From NCBI GenBank assembly GCA_050084515.1, contig CM114271.1, forward strand, positions 27,652,001 to 27,716,000: a DNA stretch of 64,000 nt, read 5' to 3'. Positions within the stretch are counted from its first letter, which is position 1, and each line of letters starts with the position of its first letter. Shown here in pieces: positions 40,210 through 52,229 of the stretch. The position numbers were made by a program, and so were the translations under genes. The notes under the pieces are model-generated. The model was not told the DNA's origin. It did no database searches and worked only from the letters and a program-made list of their open reading frames with translations. Origin of the DNA: Blasia pusilla (taxonomy: Eukaryota).

Positions 40210-41646
40210 AATCTCCCACTGTGTCTAAGATTAATTTTCATTGACGGTCCAGATGGAATAGAGAATACATATATATACAATCTTCGACTTGCAAGTTTAT
40301 AAAGCTCAAGAGGTAAAACATCGACTATTACATCATTGGGTATAATTTACTTGTTATTAGATGAATGAGATATTGCTCATTTGTATTTCAAGATTCCTAT
40401 AAATCTACACGAAACTTCCATATACAAGTATATACTTTCAAAAAATATTTTTCTCTTATCAGAAATACAATTCTCTAAATGAATATTTGGGGGAATTATT
40501 CAACTTCTATTTTTCTTTGTTATGTGATTTGTAGGCTACTAGTGGATAGTGATGCAGCACGTTTAATCCCAAATACACATCTTATTATATGGGATGAGAC
40601 ACCTACGACTCATCATCGTGTATTTGAGGCATTGAATTGTGCCTTCCAAGAAATAGTAGGAGTAGTCTCTAAGATCTAAGAGACGTACCATTCAGGGAAA
40701 AGCTCATGGTTGCTGATGGCGATTTTTGCCAAATCTTGCTCGATGTTTGTCATGGGAATCAACCAAGATTATCCAAGCCACTTTCAAGCGATGAATTTTA
40801 TGGTTTTATGTCAGAGTCATGAAGCTTGCAACCAATATTAGAGTTCAAATTCTGCAAGGTCCTATGCATGTTGATCAAGAAGCTTTTGCAAATTGGTTAC
40901 TGGAGGGTATATTCAATATGTCTAACAACACGATCATTGTAATGTTATATATGTGAGTATTCAATATGGATACATTCGACAGGTCTTCTAACATAATAAT
41001 TATAATGTCATATATATGAGCACACTTATTCTAGTATTGATTCTATCCCAAATGAGGGATGAGCCATGCTTATTCAATGGAATTCTTAAATACATGTTAA
41101 ACATTTGTACTGTCTCCACATTGTTTATATTTGAAGATTGGTGCACCTGTTATGATATTACAAAATATGTAGCTTCATCGTTCCTACTTATGCTATTAGA
41201 GGAAAAAACATTGGAGATCAAACTTTCCTTCCATGTGTTGCACCAATTGCGTCCACGATCGGATTACCTTTTGATCTACTTGGATCACGATTCTATGTTT
41301 GTTCAGTGTTTGCCATGACTAGTAATTAGTCTCAAGCTTAAATTATAAAAAAAATAGGAAATCATTTGTCTACATGTGTATTCATTCATAGGAAACTATG
41401 TGTTGAATCGTATAGAGTCGGTCAAAGAAGTTCGATTTGTATTTTGAATAGAAATGATATAGATAAGAGAAAATACGTAGGTAAAATATAAAGGGATCTT
41501 TTGACAAACCACCATTTTTAAATTAATAGTATTCTTATCAGATACTAGCATCTAACTAGTGGTAGGTAAAATATAAAGGGATCTTTTGACAAACCAACAT
41601 TTTTAAACTAATAGTATTCTTATGAGGTACTAGCATCTAACTAGTG
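40210..41646 (+). mobile_element. Helitron remnant with decayed PIF1-type helicase and duplicated 3' end
   Basis: FIDGPDG (decayed Walker A), AHLYFKIPINL, LIIWDETPTTHHRVFEALN, PFREKLMVADGDFCQIL and FAMTSN*SQ..VFIHRKLCV..RV resemble PIF1 motifs of Helitron RepHel. Ends CTAACTAG|T twice (85-bp tandem duplication 41477-41561/41562-41646). Confidence 0.8.
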
Positions 41647-42370
41647 GTGTGTATAAAGTTTGGTGATGTTGGAAAACTCAAAACGTTTTTCTCTAATCGA
41701 TTGTTTGAAAGTAAAAAATCACAAATGAGGAAGAACTTATTATCCATTAGAAATTAAAGAAGCCTATGCAAAATTGGAAAATAGGGAACGAATTAAAATT
41801 AAAGAATTCGTTCCAAAATATCTGAATCACACGCGAATCTATTAAAATTATTAAAAAACAAAACATGCAACTGAAATGGAAAAAGAGTTTTAAACAAAAG
41901 TGCGAGAAGAACTATGGCCGACCACATTAATAACTACTTAGACACGTTAACCCGCCACCCAACGAATCCAGAACTTCTATGCACATGGAGCGTACTCTTT
42001 CCATGTGCCATCATCAATCGTGGCCGACCCATGACTTTCAAACAGAATCCGAGTTAAGAGATCAACGCCATGACCATGCGGAAAAGCATATCACTGATTT
42101 GTCGTCTAGAGGCGGGTTCACCGGTTGGCGCGGCGTTGCAGTTGCACGGGTCTCTCTACGGGAGCGTGTTTCGAGGGTGGCCTTCGCGTTTTCGATTAAT
42201 CCTTTGAGTGGCCCTCTTTTGTATATTCCCGACGGGAACCCGCCGCCAGATCGGCTTTCTGAAAGGTGCATGAGTCAAATTTTGCAGTGGGCAGTGTAGT
42301 AGGGTAGGCCGCACGGACTGCAGATGACTTTACCGGCACTGCGAGGTACAGCGGCGCTACTCCAGCAGCT

Positions 42371-42455
42371 CTACCTACTACTACTACTACTACTACTAGT
42401 AGTAGTGACTAAGTAGTCTACTAATAGTAGTAGTGACTAAGCAGTCTACTACTAC
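42371..42455. repeat. (CTA)n/(TAG)n microsatellite with inverted and duplicated segments
   Basis: ctactactactactactactagtagtagtgactaagtagtctactaatagtagtagtgactaagcagtctactactac, read directly. Confidence 0.8.
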
Positions 42456-43300
42456 GGCAGTGAGGCTCAGCCGGGAGCGACTTTACACCGGTGGTCAGCC
42501 TCGCTTGCTCTGTCACCGGGTACTGACAGTCGGAATGACGGGTCCCACTGGAGGATGACGTCTCTCACCGGGTAACGAAGGTACGAAAGGGGGGTCCCAC
42601 TGTAAGCGGGTCGGGATGGCGGGTCCGGATTGGAGCTGCGCTCTGTGAGTCACCGGCTAATGGGGTCGGAAGGTGGGTCATATTGCACAGGTCGGAGCTT
42701 TCGTCACTGGCGGGTCCCTCTCGCGTGTGGGATGTATCGAACCGGCTAATGAGGGTTGGATCTGCGTGTCCCTCCCTCTACGCGCGGCAGAGCTCCGGTT
42801 TGTATCTCACCGGCTAATGGGGGTCAGTTATGCGGGTCCCACAGCGCGTAGCGGAGCTTGGATATCGCCGTCACCGGCTGCCGTCAGAAGAGCAGTGCCA
42901 TTCCTTTGTGCCCCGGCAGCTGGTTTCTACCGGAAGCGGCCCCGTAGCTGACCGGATGGCTCTGTCCTTCAGCAGAGCGGAGCTCTTACGGTCGCCGAGC
43001 CAGAGTTGTGGACTGTCCTGTGGGCACTCCTTCATTCTTTCTGCACATCCATGGGTTCCTGCCCGCTGGATCCCTTCTCTGAGCGATCTTGATTGCCAAA
43101 GCATCCTCCCTTGTCTTGTGTCGCGGCTCCAGGGCGGTGCGCTGGAGTCGTTGCTGCGTTAGTGATCGGGAGGAGAAGCGCAGCGGAGATGACTGCGTTG
43201 GAGATCCTCTGAGAATTTTGGAAGGCTTGGAGTTTCTAGCGGTGCTCGGAGTTGTGCGCACTCGTTTGGTCGTGTGATCGGTCATAGAAAGCGAGCAACC

Positions 43301-46300
43301 ATGTTTTCCAGTCATAAGATCAAGGCTATTGATTTTTACAGGTTAGCGCTAACTTCCCTCGTTTTTTTCGCAAACTGGTTCTTGAGCTCTTCGCTAGTCG
43401 CCATTTTTCTGCCCGGCACCGAATAGCAATTTCGTCATCAATCGAACGTCAGTGTTATTGTGGCCGGGTTGTGAACTTGACTGGTATCCGGATCCTCCGA
43501 GGTCGTCAAATTCTCACAATTCGTCAATTTAAACTGCCTGAAACACTTTGAAATACAATTCGGCGATCGGTTAGGTCAGCAAGGTTGGAAGCCTCTGGTT
43601 AAATTATCGTGAGCTTAATAACTTCAATTTTCCTCTGGAAAGAAATGTTCAACATGTTAGGTGGCCAAGACTCTGCACGGAACTTTAGAAGTCTTCGGGT
43701 CGTGTACGCAATGTGTACGCTGCATTTACCCTGTTACATAGGAAAATATGTTGAAGATTTACATCTAAGGACGGGAGATATTTGTTCCGGGGCAATTTTG
43801 GTTTGAAAGAATTCAGGTACAACTCAGTAAACCGCAGCATGAATCGAACTGAAGTGTGTTCCTCTTCTAACGCAAATATCACTTCAATTTGTACAGACCG
43901 ACATTGTACCTTACAGTGGTTTCACATGTTGTCAATGGTTTATGCTAGCAACGAGTAGTCAGGTGTAGTTGTCCCGAAAAGACTCCCAAATCGAGTTGAA
44001 CGTGAAAGAAGTAACATCAAAACACGCTGCAGAAAGAACTCAATTAAAGCATTTCACGATCTTTATCATGATTAGCACACCTTGGAGGAATACGCCTTCT
44101 CAATCTTTTGGAACAGACGAAAAATTCAGGTGCAGAGAGAATTTCCGGCAACATTCTAGGCTTGGCCTGTTTCCAGGTCTTGGACTTTACTGTCAGCCTT
44201 CTGGTCCAGTGTTTGTAGGTGATATTCAAATTCTCTAGAGCTCAACCCGAACGACTTATTCAACAGAACCAGTTACCATGCACTGGCTTTTACCCAGGAG
44301 TAGTACTGTCTGTCAATCTATTTTGCCACTTACCTTCTCCGAGAGTATGGGGTCGTAGACATGTCTCCTACAGTGTATGCGTAGTCTGGAAATGCCCATT
44401 CTCAAGATGCATCCCAATTCCAGTGCAACGTAGATTGATTCTCATAACCGTCCAGTACGTACTCGTGGCACTTCCTTCCTGCTATCAAAGCAATGTTTGA
44501 TTTGGTACTTGCTAAGAAAGTTCTTTTGTTGTAGGAAAATACCCCGAGATTTGACCGAGGCATCTCTTTCAGGTGCTGGCCTGTCAATCCTAGCTGCCTT
44601 TGCGATGGTCTTTCTATTTGGAATGGTAGGGTTTTAATCTTTTCCTCTGTAAGTTCACGTTCCAAGTGAATGTATTTGATTTTGTTGTTCCATACATTTA
44701 ATTTATTTTGTATTTCAGGATGTGATTCAGAAAAGTGAGGAGTTACAAGCTTCTTTTGGCCCAACGTGATAGTCTCAGCTCTTAGTGGTGACTGACTGAG
44801 ATGGGCATGTTAAAATAATGATTTTCTCCATTGATGTCTGGATTCATTGTGTTTCAGGAACTAAATACCTATCTGACTGTATCGACAACGACTAATGTGG
44901 TGGTTGATAGAAGCAAAAATGGGGAGCATCTCCGCATTGATTTCAACTTTAGGTAGGTGTCGATTGCGTTAGCAGTGACTGCTCAATTGTGTTATGGTGT
45001 AGATTATTGCTGGGATTGTGGGAGGGCAATATGAGATTCATGATACAAATGGATGTCCAAAATCCATGTCCTGAGTGTTCTTCGAGAAACCTATTAAAGA
45101 TGCCCAAGTGTAGATTTTTCAATAAGTGCATGCAGGTCACTAATGTGCTCGTGTCTTGCTCGTTAAGGGGATTTTCATGTGACCCACTCATTGTCATGCA
45201 GCTTCCCCAAGTTGTCGTGTGAGTTTGCATCAGTTGATATACATGATGTCCTGGGAACAGTAAGTTCTCAACACACTTTTGACTTCTCTTACAGTTTTCT
45301 ATCATCTATGCTGGAACATGGGAAGCTTCAAAATATACTGAAAACCATTCGTTAACATATATGGTATAGTTACAAAATGTGAGCGTTAGCATAGAAGACA
45401 AGTTAGCTGAAAGAAGACCAAAGGTTAAACCAAAGATTGATGAATGACTCTTAATAAAGCCCACACAGGCTTTATACTTGTATTGTCAGAGTTACAGCCT
45501 CACTTCTTAATCAGAAGAATATGGGCAGTTGTAGAAGTATATTCTCAGTTGCAATAGTCATGACCTGCTGCACATTTTATGTGTTGATCTGCAGCGGAGG
45601 CAAAATCTCACAAGAACAGTTCGAAAGTATCCAATAAACTCTTCTCTGAGACGCATAGGTGAAGAAGCCCATATGGGAAGTGTTCCAACTATAAGTAATC
45701 ATGGGGATCACCATGAACTCACAGAAATAATAGGAGAAGGAGCTGCTGTGCTGTCGCAAGAGAATTTTGAGCAATTTTCACATGAGTAATGAGTCTCCAA
45801 CCTTCCTACGATATTTACACAGCTATGTTTATGAGTCTATTGTGAGTCAGATCTGGTGATAATGTTGTCGAAGTCAGTCTTTTTGTGAGAAATACTGATG
45901 GATCCCTTATGTCCAAATACGTGATCATTTCTGGATTCATACCCAATATCTTGAGGTGCCAAAGATTTTGTGGAGTGTATTTATTGTGATGTATGCAGCA
46001 ATATGACCCTGATGTGTGTATTGGCCAGGTTCCCCATTTTGTTGGTTAATTTTTATGCTGGATGGTGTGTCTGGAGTCAGCGATTGGTAAGCTTTTCAAT
46101 TGTTCATTTGTAAAGTTGAAGTGAGCATGCACCATAGTGAAGATGACATCTTCAAGAACAATTTTTTTTTATCAGCTCTGGTCAATATCTATGATCACTT
46201 TGTTGTTAAGTGTAAACCTTGGATGACCTTGCGGACGTTTATGATCTGCCTGGAATACAGTAGTTGAATCCAAGCAACAGGATGTGTAACTGGTTTGAAA

Positions 46301-49300
46301 TTAAGTGTGGCAGGACAGCACAGGACAGCTGTAAGAGGGAAACTTGACTAGAGAAGTAGCTCCCTTTGCTCACATATTGTGGCTCTTAACCCCACTTTTT
46401 TTTTTTAATAATCTTTCCAGAAACCATCATGGGACAAAGCTGCACAGATAATGTCAGAAAGGTATGGTTCTCTCCAAGATCATTTAGGTTTTAGAGGGGA
46501 TGGTAAGGTACTGATAGAAAGGGCGTGGGATTGTGGTTAACTCTGTCTGAGGTGCATTTGAATGAACTGATGGTCAACTTGTTCCACACAAAGAAGCAGA
46601 CATCATCTAATAACCAGGAAATGTGATTAGCGATTTGAGTGCTAACACTACATGTTCTTGTCCAGATATAACCCTGACACTGATGGGAGAATTCTTCTTG
46701 CAAAGGTTGACTGCACTGAACAAAAAAATGTGCAACTATGCAGAGCGTAAACACCTAACTTTTTCCTATTTACTGGACCTTTTGTGAACCACTTGTCTAT
46801 GTGTGTCCATCCTCGTGTGGATTTCTCTATCATTCAGATAATGACTTTATTTGAATCATTAATTTTACTGGATAATAATAAAAATAACGTTAGCAATTCT
46901 TTTCACACTGCCCTCTGTATTCTATTCTATCTCTGATTCGAAAAAATGTGTTCTTAGGCACCACATACAAGGCTTTCCCTCTATCAGAATTTTTCGCAAG
47001 GGCCATGATGTCAGGTATGGAGTTATTCTCTATATTCTTCTGTGCTCTCCTGTTGGGTGTCTGTCATAAGGCAGTGTGGGATTATGCTTAAGCTAAGTTG
47101 ATCATTCTTGTATCCGTGGAGGAGGGTGGTTTCTAAAGACCTACGAGTCGACCATGATTTTCCCAGATCTTGGGGGAGTTGCCTACTTAGGTGGTATAGT
47201 CAAGGATGTTGACAATTTGTCTATGAAATAGCTGTGATCCCAACTTTCTGTGGGTTTATGATATCCTGGTTGGAGCCTTTTGCTAGTGGTGAATGACACT
47301 CCGAATATGGCATGGATGGAAAAGCAACTCTAACATATGTCCAAAGTGGCATTTGTTTTTTGGTTATGAATGTCTCCAATCTTCGATGGAAGTTTTGAAT
47401 TTTGAGAGGTTCCAGAAATTCCAATGGCTTGTGGTGAAAGCCTTGTTTCCTAAATTGTGCATGAATCTCTTGTGCATTGATGATACTAGGAGCCGAATAA
47501 ATGTGCAACTATGAATATGCTACTGGTGAAAGTTCTTTCATTCTTCTGCCTCTTTTTGAGGTTTAGTTCTGACTGACATTTGTACCTATTTGTATTTTGC
47601 ATGTCATTTTGTGGTTAATGGTGGTGACTTTTACGTTCTAAAGAGGGTAAGTAAAAAACAATGGCCACATTCTAACACATCAACATGATGTGTTAGAATG
47701 TGGCCAGTATCTTTTGAGTATTTTGATCAGACTGAGTCTGTAGTGATGCACACATGCATATTGCTTTGTTGTCTTGATCCGGTCTATCATCGTCATTGCC
47801 AATCCTGTCGTTTGAAGTGTCTTTCCTTCACTGGATGATTGTCCAATCAACCAAATAAGCGCAGGATCAATTATCTTTTTCCAAAATGTGGTGCAAATAA
47901 AAGAACACAGACAGTTCAGAGCCCTCTTAAATGTCAGATATTGACTTTAAGTCTTATCTGAGGGAGTCTGGTGTTTTGCAGAAACGAAGCAGGGCATCAT
48001 GACCATGAATCGTATTATGGTGAACGAGACACAGAATCACTGGTGGCGGTACGTTTCCCCTTGAAGAAGAGCTTTTCTTTCTTTGGAGTACCTTGTTTCT
48101 ACCTATTTCCTATTAAACAATTGAGATTACACCCTACAGTCAGATATGCAAGAATCCTCCTGTTCTATGTCCTTCAGCCAGAAAAAGGATGTCAATGTAG
48201 GGTATAGTTTGATTAGGTTTTGAGATAATAAATCTGTCAGGACATGTGTCAGACAGAATAACTCTCAAACTTTGACCTTCCAAGTTTGAGAGTCATTCTT
48301 CCTAAAGAGAAGAAACTTTCTTCCTTTTGTTGTGTATTTGTAAGAAATGCAGTGTCTGTATTTCTGTGGTTGCAGTTTGCAGAAACGCTGCTTCCAGCCC
48401 CAGAGATTAATGAAAGACTTGCTCTGGAAGATAAGAGTAGTGATGACTCTACGATCAAGCAGGCTGCACCAAAGTCTGGAGGCTGCCAAATTGAAGGTTT
48501 TGCCCTGGTAAAGAAGGTATGGGTTCAAGTTCCATCAAATGTGTAGATAATGGTAAGCAAGAAGATAGATGTTATTCTACATCAAATATTCTTGATGGTT
48601 TTTATTCTCTTCTATCTGTAAAAGTCTCTATCATATTATGTGCGGGTCTCATTCACCTTGCCTCCCGAGCAAGTGGAAATAAGTTTTTGAGAATGATGAT
48701 GCACAGGATAGCCTTATTGATGAATCAAGATAGACCTAGATTAGTGCACTGGGTGACGAGTCTTCTCAATATATGATTGAGCGTCCTACTGTTATGGTTC
48801 TCTTAGTTTGGCCTGTTTGGATTCTCTTGCACTGTTATCCAGGGCATGAGGCAAATGCCCAGGTCAGCCTAGTGATGGTAGAAGACCATTGTTTTTTAGC
48901 CTCTATTCTTTCTCTTTGTGTAAGCCTTTTCAGGCTTGTGCTAGGGTACTCCTTCAGCCCTGTGTAATTCAATCTATGTTAGCACTGTGCCCCTCACTTT
49001 CCAAAAGGATGAGTTGGCATTAAGGCAAATCCGTGAATATATCCAGGAGCTGAACCATGGATTCAGAGCAGTGGCTTTCTACCTAAAAATGGGAACTTGA
49101 TTTCCTTGCTCTCATGGTCGAGAAAGCTATCATTTAAAGTAGGTGGGGAGGTTGATATAATAGTCATGCATTGACTGCGATGGCAACTATGTAAAATTTG
49201 AAGTTACTGTGGAATTATAAATGGACTCGTCCTTTTAATTGCTTGGTCAGGTAATTGTTGCATTTATTGCTGCAGGTACCGGGAACCATCATGGTTGCAG

Positions 49301-50895
49301 CTCGCTCTGCTTCTCATTCATTCAGCGCAGCAGAGATGAACATGTCTCACTATGTCACTTCGTTTTCATTTGGGCGTAAACTCTCATCTAGGATGGCCAA
49401 GGAGGTCAAACGCCTGCATCCATTACTTGGTGCCACAGAAGAGTCTCTTTCAGGACATATGTACACGTCAGACCATGAAAATATAACTGTAAGTGGCTAT
49501 GATATACTACTAAAGTCGTGGATTTGTAAAATAATTTAAGATGAGATTTATCTGGACTTCAGGCCATGTAGAGGAAACTCTGTTTGGTTAGTCCAGAAAA
49601 GATAGTCCTTCGAATGGCGTATTCCATGCAACTCAGATTGCGTTGTCATGATCCTTGGGGTTGTTATGTGGGTGTTGCAGTTTGATCACTATCTCCAGGT
49701 TGTCAGAACAGAGGTTGTTTCTTTGAGTAGGAACAAGGAGTTGCAAGTGCTGGAGGAGTATGATTTTGTTGCCCACAGCGCCGTGTTGCAGACCATGGAT
49801 GTTCCTGTTGCCAAATTCCAGTATGAGCTTTCTCCGATGCAGGTTTGTGCATCTAATGTCCATTTTCTCTTTCAGCAGAACACGCCTTTCATGGGTGAAA
49901 GGTGTGAGTGAATGAATGTCATACACTGGACACATACTCCGGGTGCCAAAGATGGAATTGAAAAGAATGCTTTACCATGGGATGTGAAAGCACTTATGTA
50001 CGCTGTGAAGGAATGAGAAGTAGGTATTACTTCATCTAGTCTAGTGGGTGATAACTTTGAATTCGTGACTGCTGTGTTATGGCAGGTACTGGTGAGTGAA
50101 AACCCGAAGTCTTTCTCACACTTCCTCACAAATGTTTGCGCCATAATCGGTGGAGTTTTTACGGTAAGTTAATCACTTAATCTTACACCTTGCAAGTTGA
50201 CTAAATCATGTCTGTTTGTAGATGTTGTCAGTAGTCTCTGAAGAGTTGAATCTATGTCCTACAAATTCAAAGGAAGTATCATATGGCCTGTGTGTATTCA
50301 TATTCAGACAAGCTTGACTGTGGAGGAGAAATTTGACTTCAGTGAGGGTCTAAAGATCACTGCGGATGAAACTTACAAGCAGTTCAGCATAATTTTCTTG
50401 GTCTTTGAACTTCAGGCACTTTTGCTTTCCTGATTCTTGAGCTGAACTGTGGCAACTCTGAGCTGAGAAACCTTAAATCTGATTTTTTTGGAGAATCGAA
50501 TTTCTTGATGCAGAGTTTGAGTTAGTAAACACAGCTGCTTATGTTAAATGGACATCCTACTGTCCCTGTGGTTGTCCCTGCGCACCATATAGGCCCTAAT
50601 AGCCGTAAACTCTGAGCAAGCATTCAAAAGAAGACAATGTAGTCCCTGCGTCTACTTGCTAACCAGGAGTCAAAGCTGTCCTAGTGAAAGACAACCAAGC
50701 ACTTGGGTTGGGCACATAATTTGGCAAGTTTTGAGGAGTGTTTGCAAGTGGACATTGAGAAGAGTAGTCAATAGATCTCCACACTGAAATTGCATTATGT
50801 ATGGGTTGCGTTGTCAGGTTGCTGGGATCATTGATTCGATTTTGCACAGTGCCATTCGCATGGTGAAAAAGGTGGAGTTGGGTAAACAATATTGA
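43301..50895 (+). CDS. PDIL5: Protein disulfide isomerase-like 5 (ERGIC_N + thioredoxin CxxS + COPIIcoated_ERV), about 15 exons
   Basis: Exons: MFSSHKIKAIDFYR (43301); KIPRDLTEASLSGAGLS (44535); ELNTYL..HLRIDFNF; FPKLSCEFASVDIHDVLGT; RQNLTRTVRKYP; FPILLVNFYAGWCVWSQRL (~46030); KPSWDKAA; DGRILLAKVDC; HIQGFPSIRIFRKG; HDHESYYGERDT; GGCQIEGFALVKK; VPGTIMV; DHYLQVV..ELSPMQ; SFSHFLTNVCAIIGGVFT; VAGIIDS..KKVELGKQY* (50895). GT-AG junctions. Confidence 0.95.
47662..47706. repeat. Perfect 21-bp inverted repeat with 3-nt loop, in a PDIL5 intron
   Basis: TGGCCACATTCTAACACATCA-ACA-TGATGTGTTAGAATGTGGCCA. Confidence 0.95.
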
Positions 50896-52229
50896 CATTT
50901 GATTACTAGCGGCCCACATACGAGGTCCTTGTGAGGACATGAAGGAGGATTATTTTGATGCTCAGATCTTGATATTATTGGTTTGTATTGGTCAACTTGG
51001 GAATCACTCTCAAAGTATCAGTCTGACTGGTTTGCAGTTCTGGTTTGAGGGGAGCCACTGAACATTCATAGGGGTTCTATGATTAGATGGTCACTTTTAC
51101 ACATGAAATCAATTTAGTATAGTTTGGTTAGGTGGGGTTATTGAGGACCCCTCTTCTGAAAGTCATAGCTCATCCACACGGTTGGTGCTGGTAGTCTTCT
51201 AGCAGAACCCCTCCCTCTAGTCAGTGTTTTACACAAGCACAGTTGGGAAGTCAGAAACCAACGAACTTCTTCACTGTGGTCTGGTAAGCCACGAAGGGCT
51301 CCATTGCAGATCTTCTGAAGTGGAAGTCGGAGAACTTGTAATCTTTGAGCTCTACGGAGCATCTCAATTGAAATCTGGGACGTTCTTGAAGTCTGGATGA
51401 CTAGATCACACTACTAATTGATTGCCGAAGGCTTTATCCAGACATGAGACAGGCGCATAATGAGGATAAGGCCACCGCTGAGGTGCACTCATAGCTTGGA
51501 GATGCAGTTGCACCAAGAAGAATCAGATTTTTGAAAACTGCTCTCATAGAGATTTGAAGACCATGAGTACTTAAAAGGCATGATAGCTGAAAACTGACTG
51601 GGTTGCGTTGGGTCCACAAGGGTTTCGTGGGCTCATCCGGAAGTGAACATCTTCGCGGCGAATGCAGATTTTGGTGAGTTATCAACCGGAGCTCGTCATC
51701 TCTAAGCCCTAGAAGATTAAATCTTCGTCCCATGGATTCTACCCACGAAAGTCTTGGCGGACTCGTGTATCAGAGGAAACGGTCTATCTACTAGAGAACA
51801 GAAGACTAAATCCTGTGGAGGTCCAACACACACCGAAAATCCACTTGGTCCTGTCATACACAGGATACTTTGAAGAAGGCTTACAGAAAGAGTACCGGCC
51901 GCTGTCATCCTCAGCTAGGATCAATTTACTTCAGCTCTACAAATCAGTTTCTGGCAGTGCAAGGAGAATAAAATTCTGCCAATCACACCAGGACCCTCCT
52001 TTAGGACTTGTGATTGTAAAATCTGCTTATGGTGGAAACATGAGTTAAATTTGGAAGTTGCATTTCATCATTCATTCCTATAAGACAGATACTGGGTGTC
52101 ATTAGTCCACCTTAAAGTCAAAGTGAAGAACAATTCGCAAGACAAAGATCCAGATCCGTCCCATAATGTAACCACTTTCTTTTTTATGGGTTACTTTGTA
52201 CAGTGAGTAGACACAACTACCACAAATTC

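Noticed and set aside
51000-52200. Short ORFs between the convergent PDIL5 and AP3S ends
   Set aside because: No recognisable domain; probably 3' UTRs.
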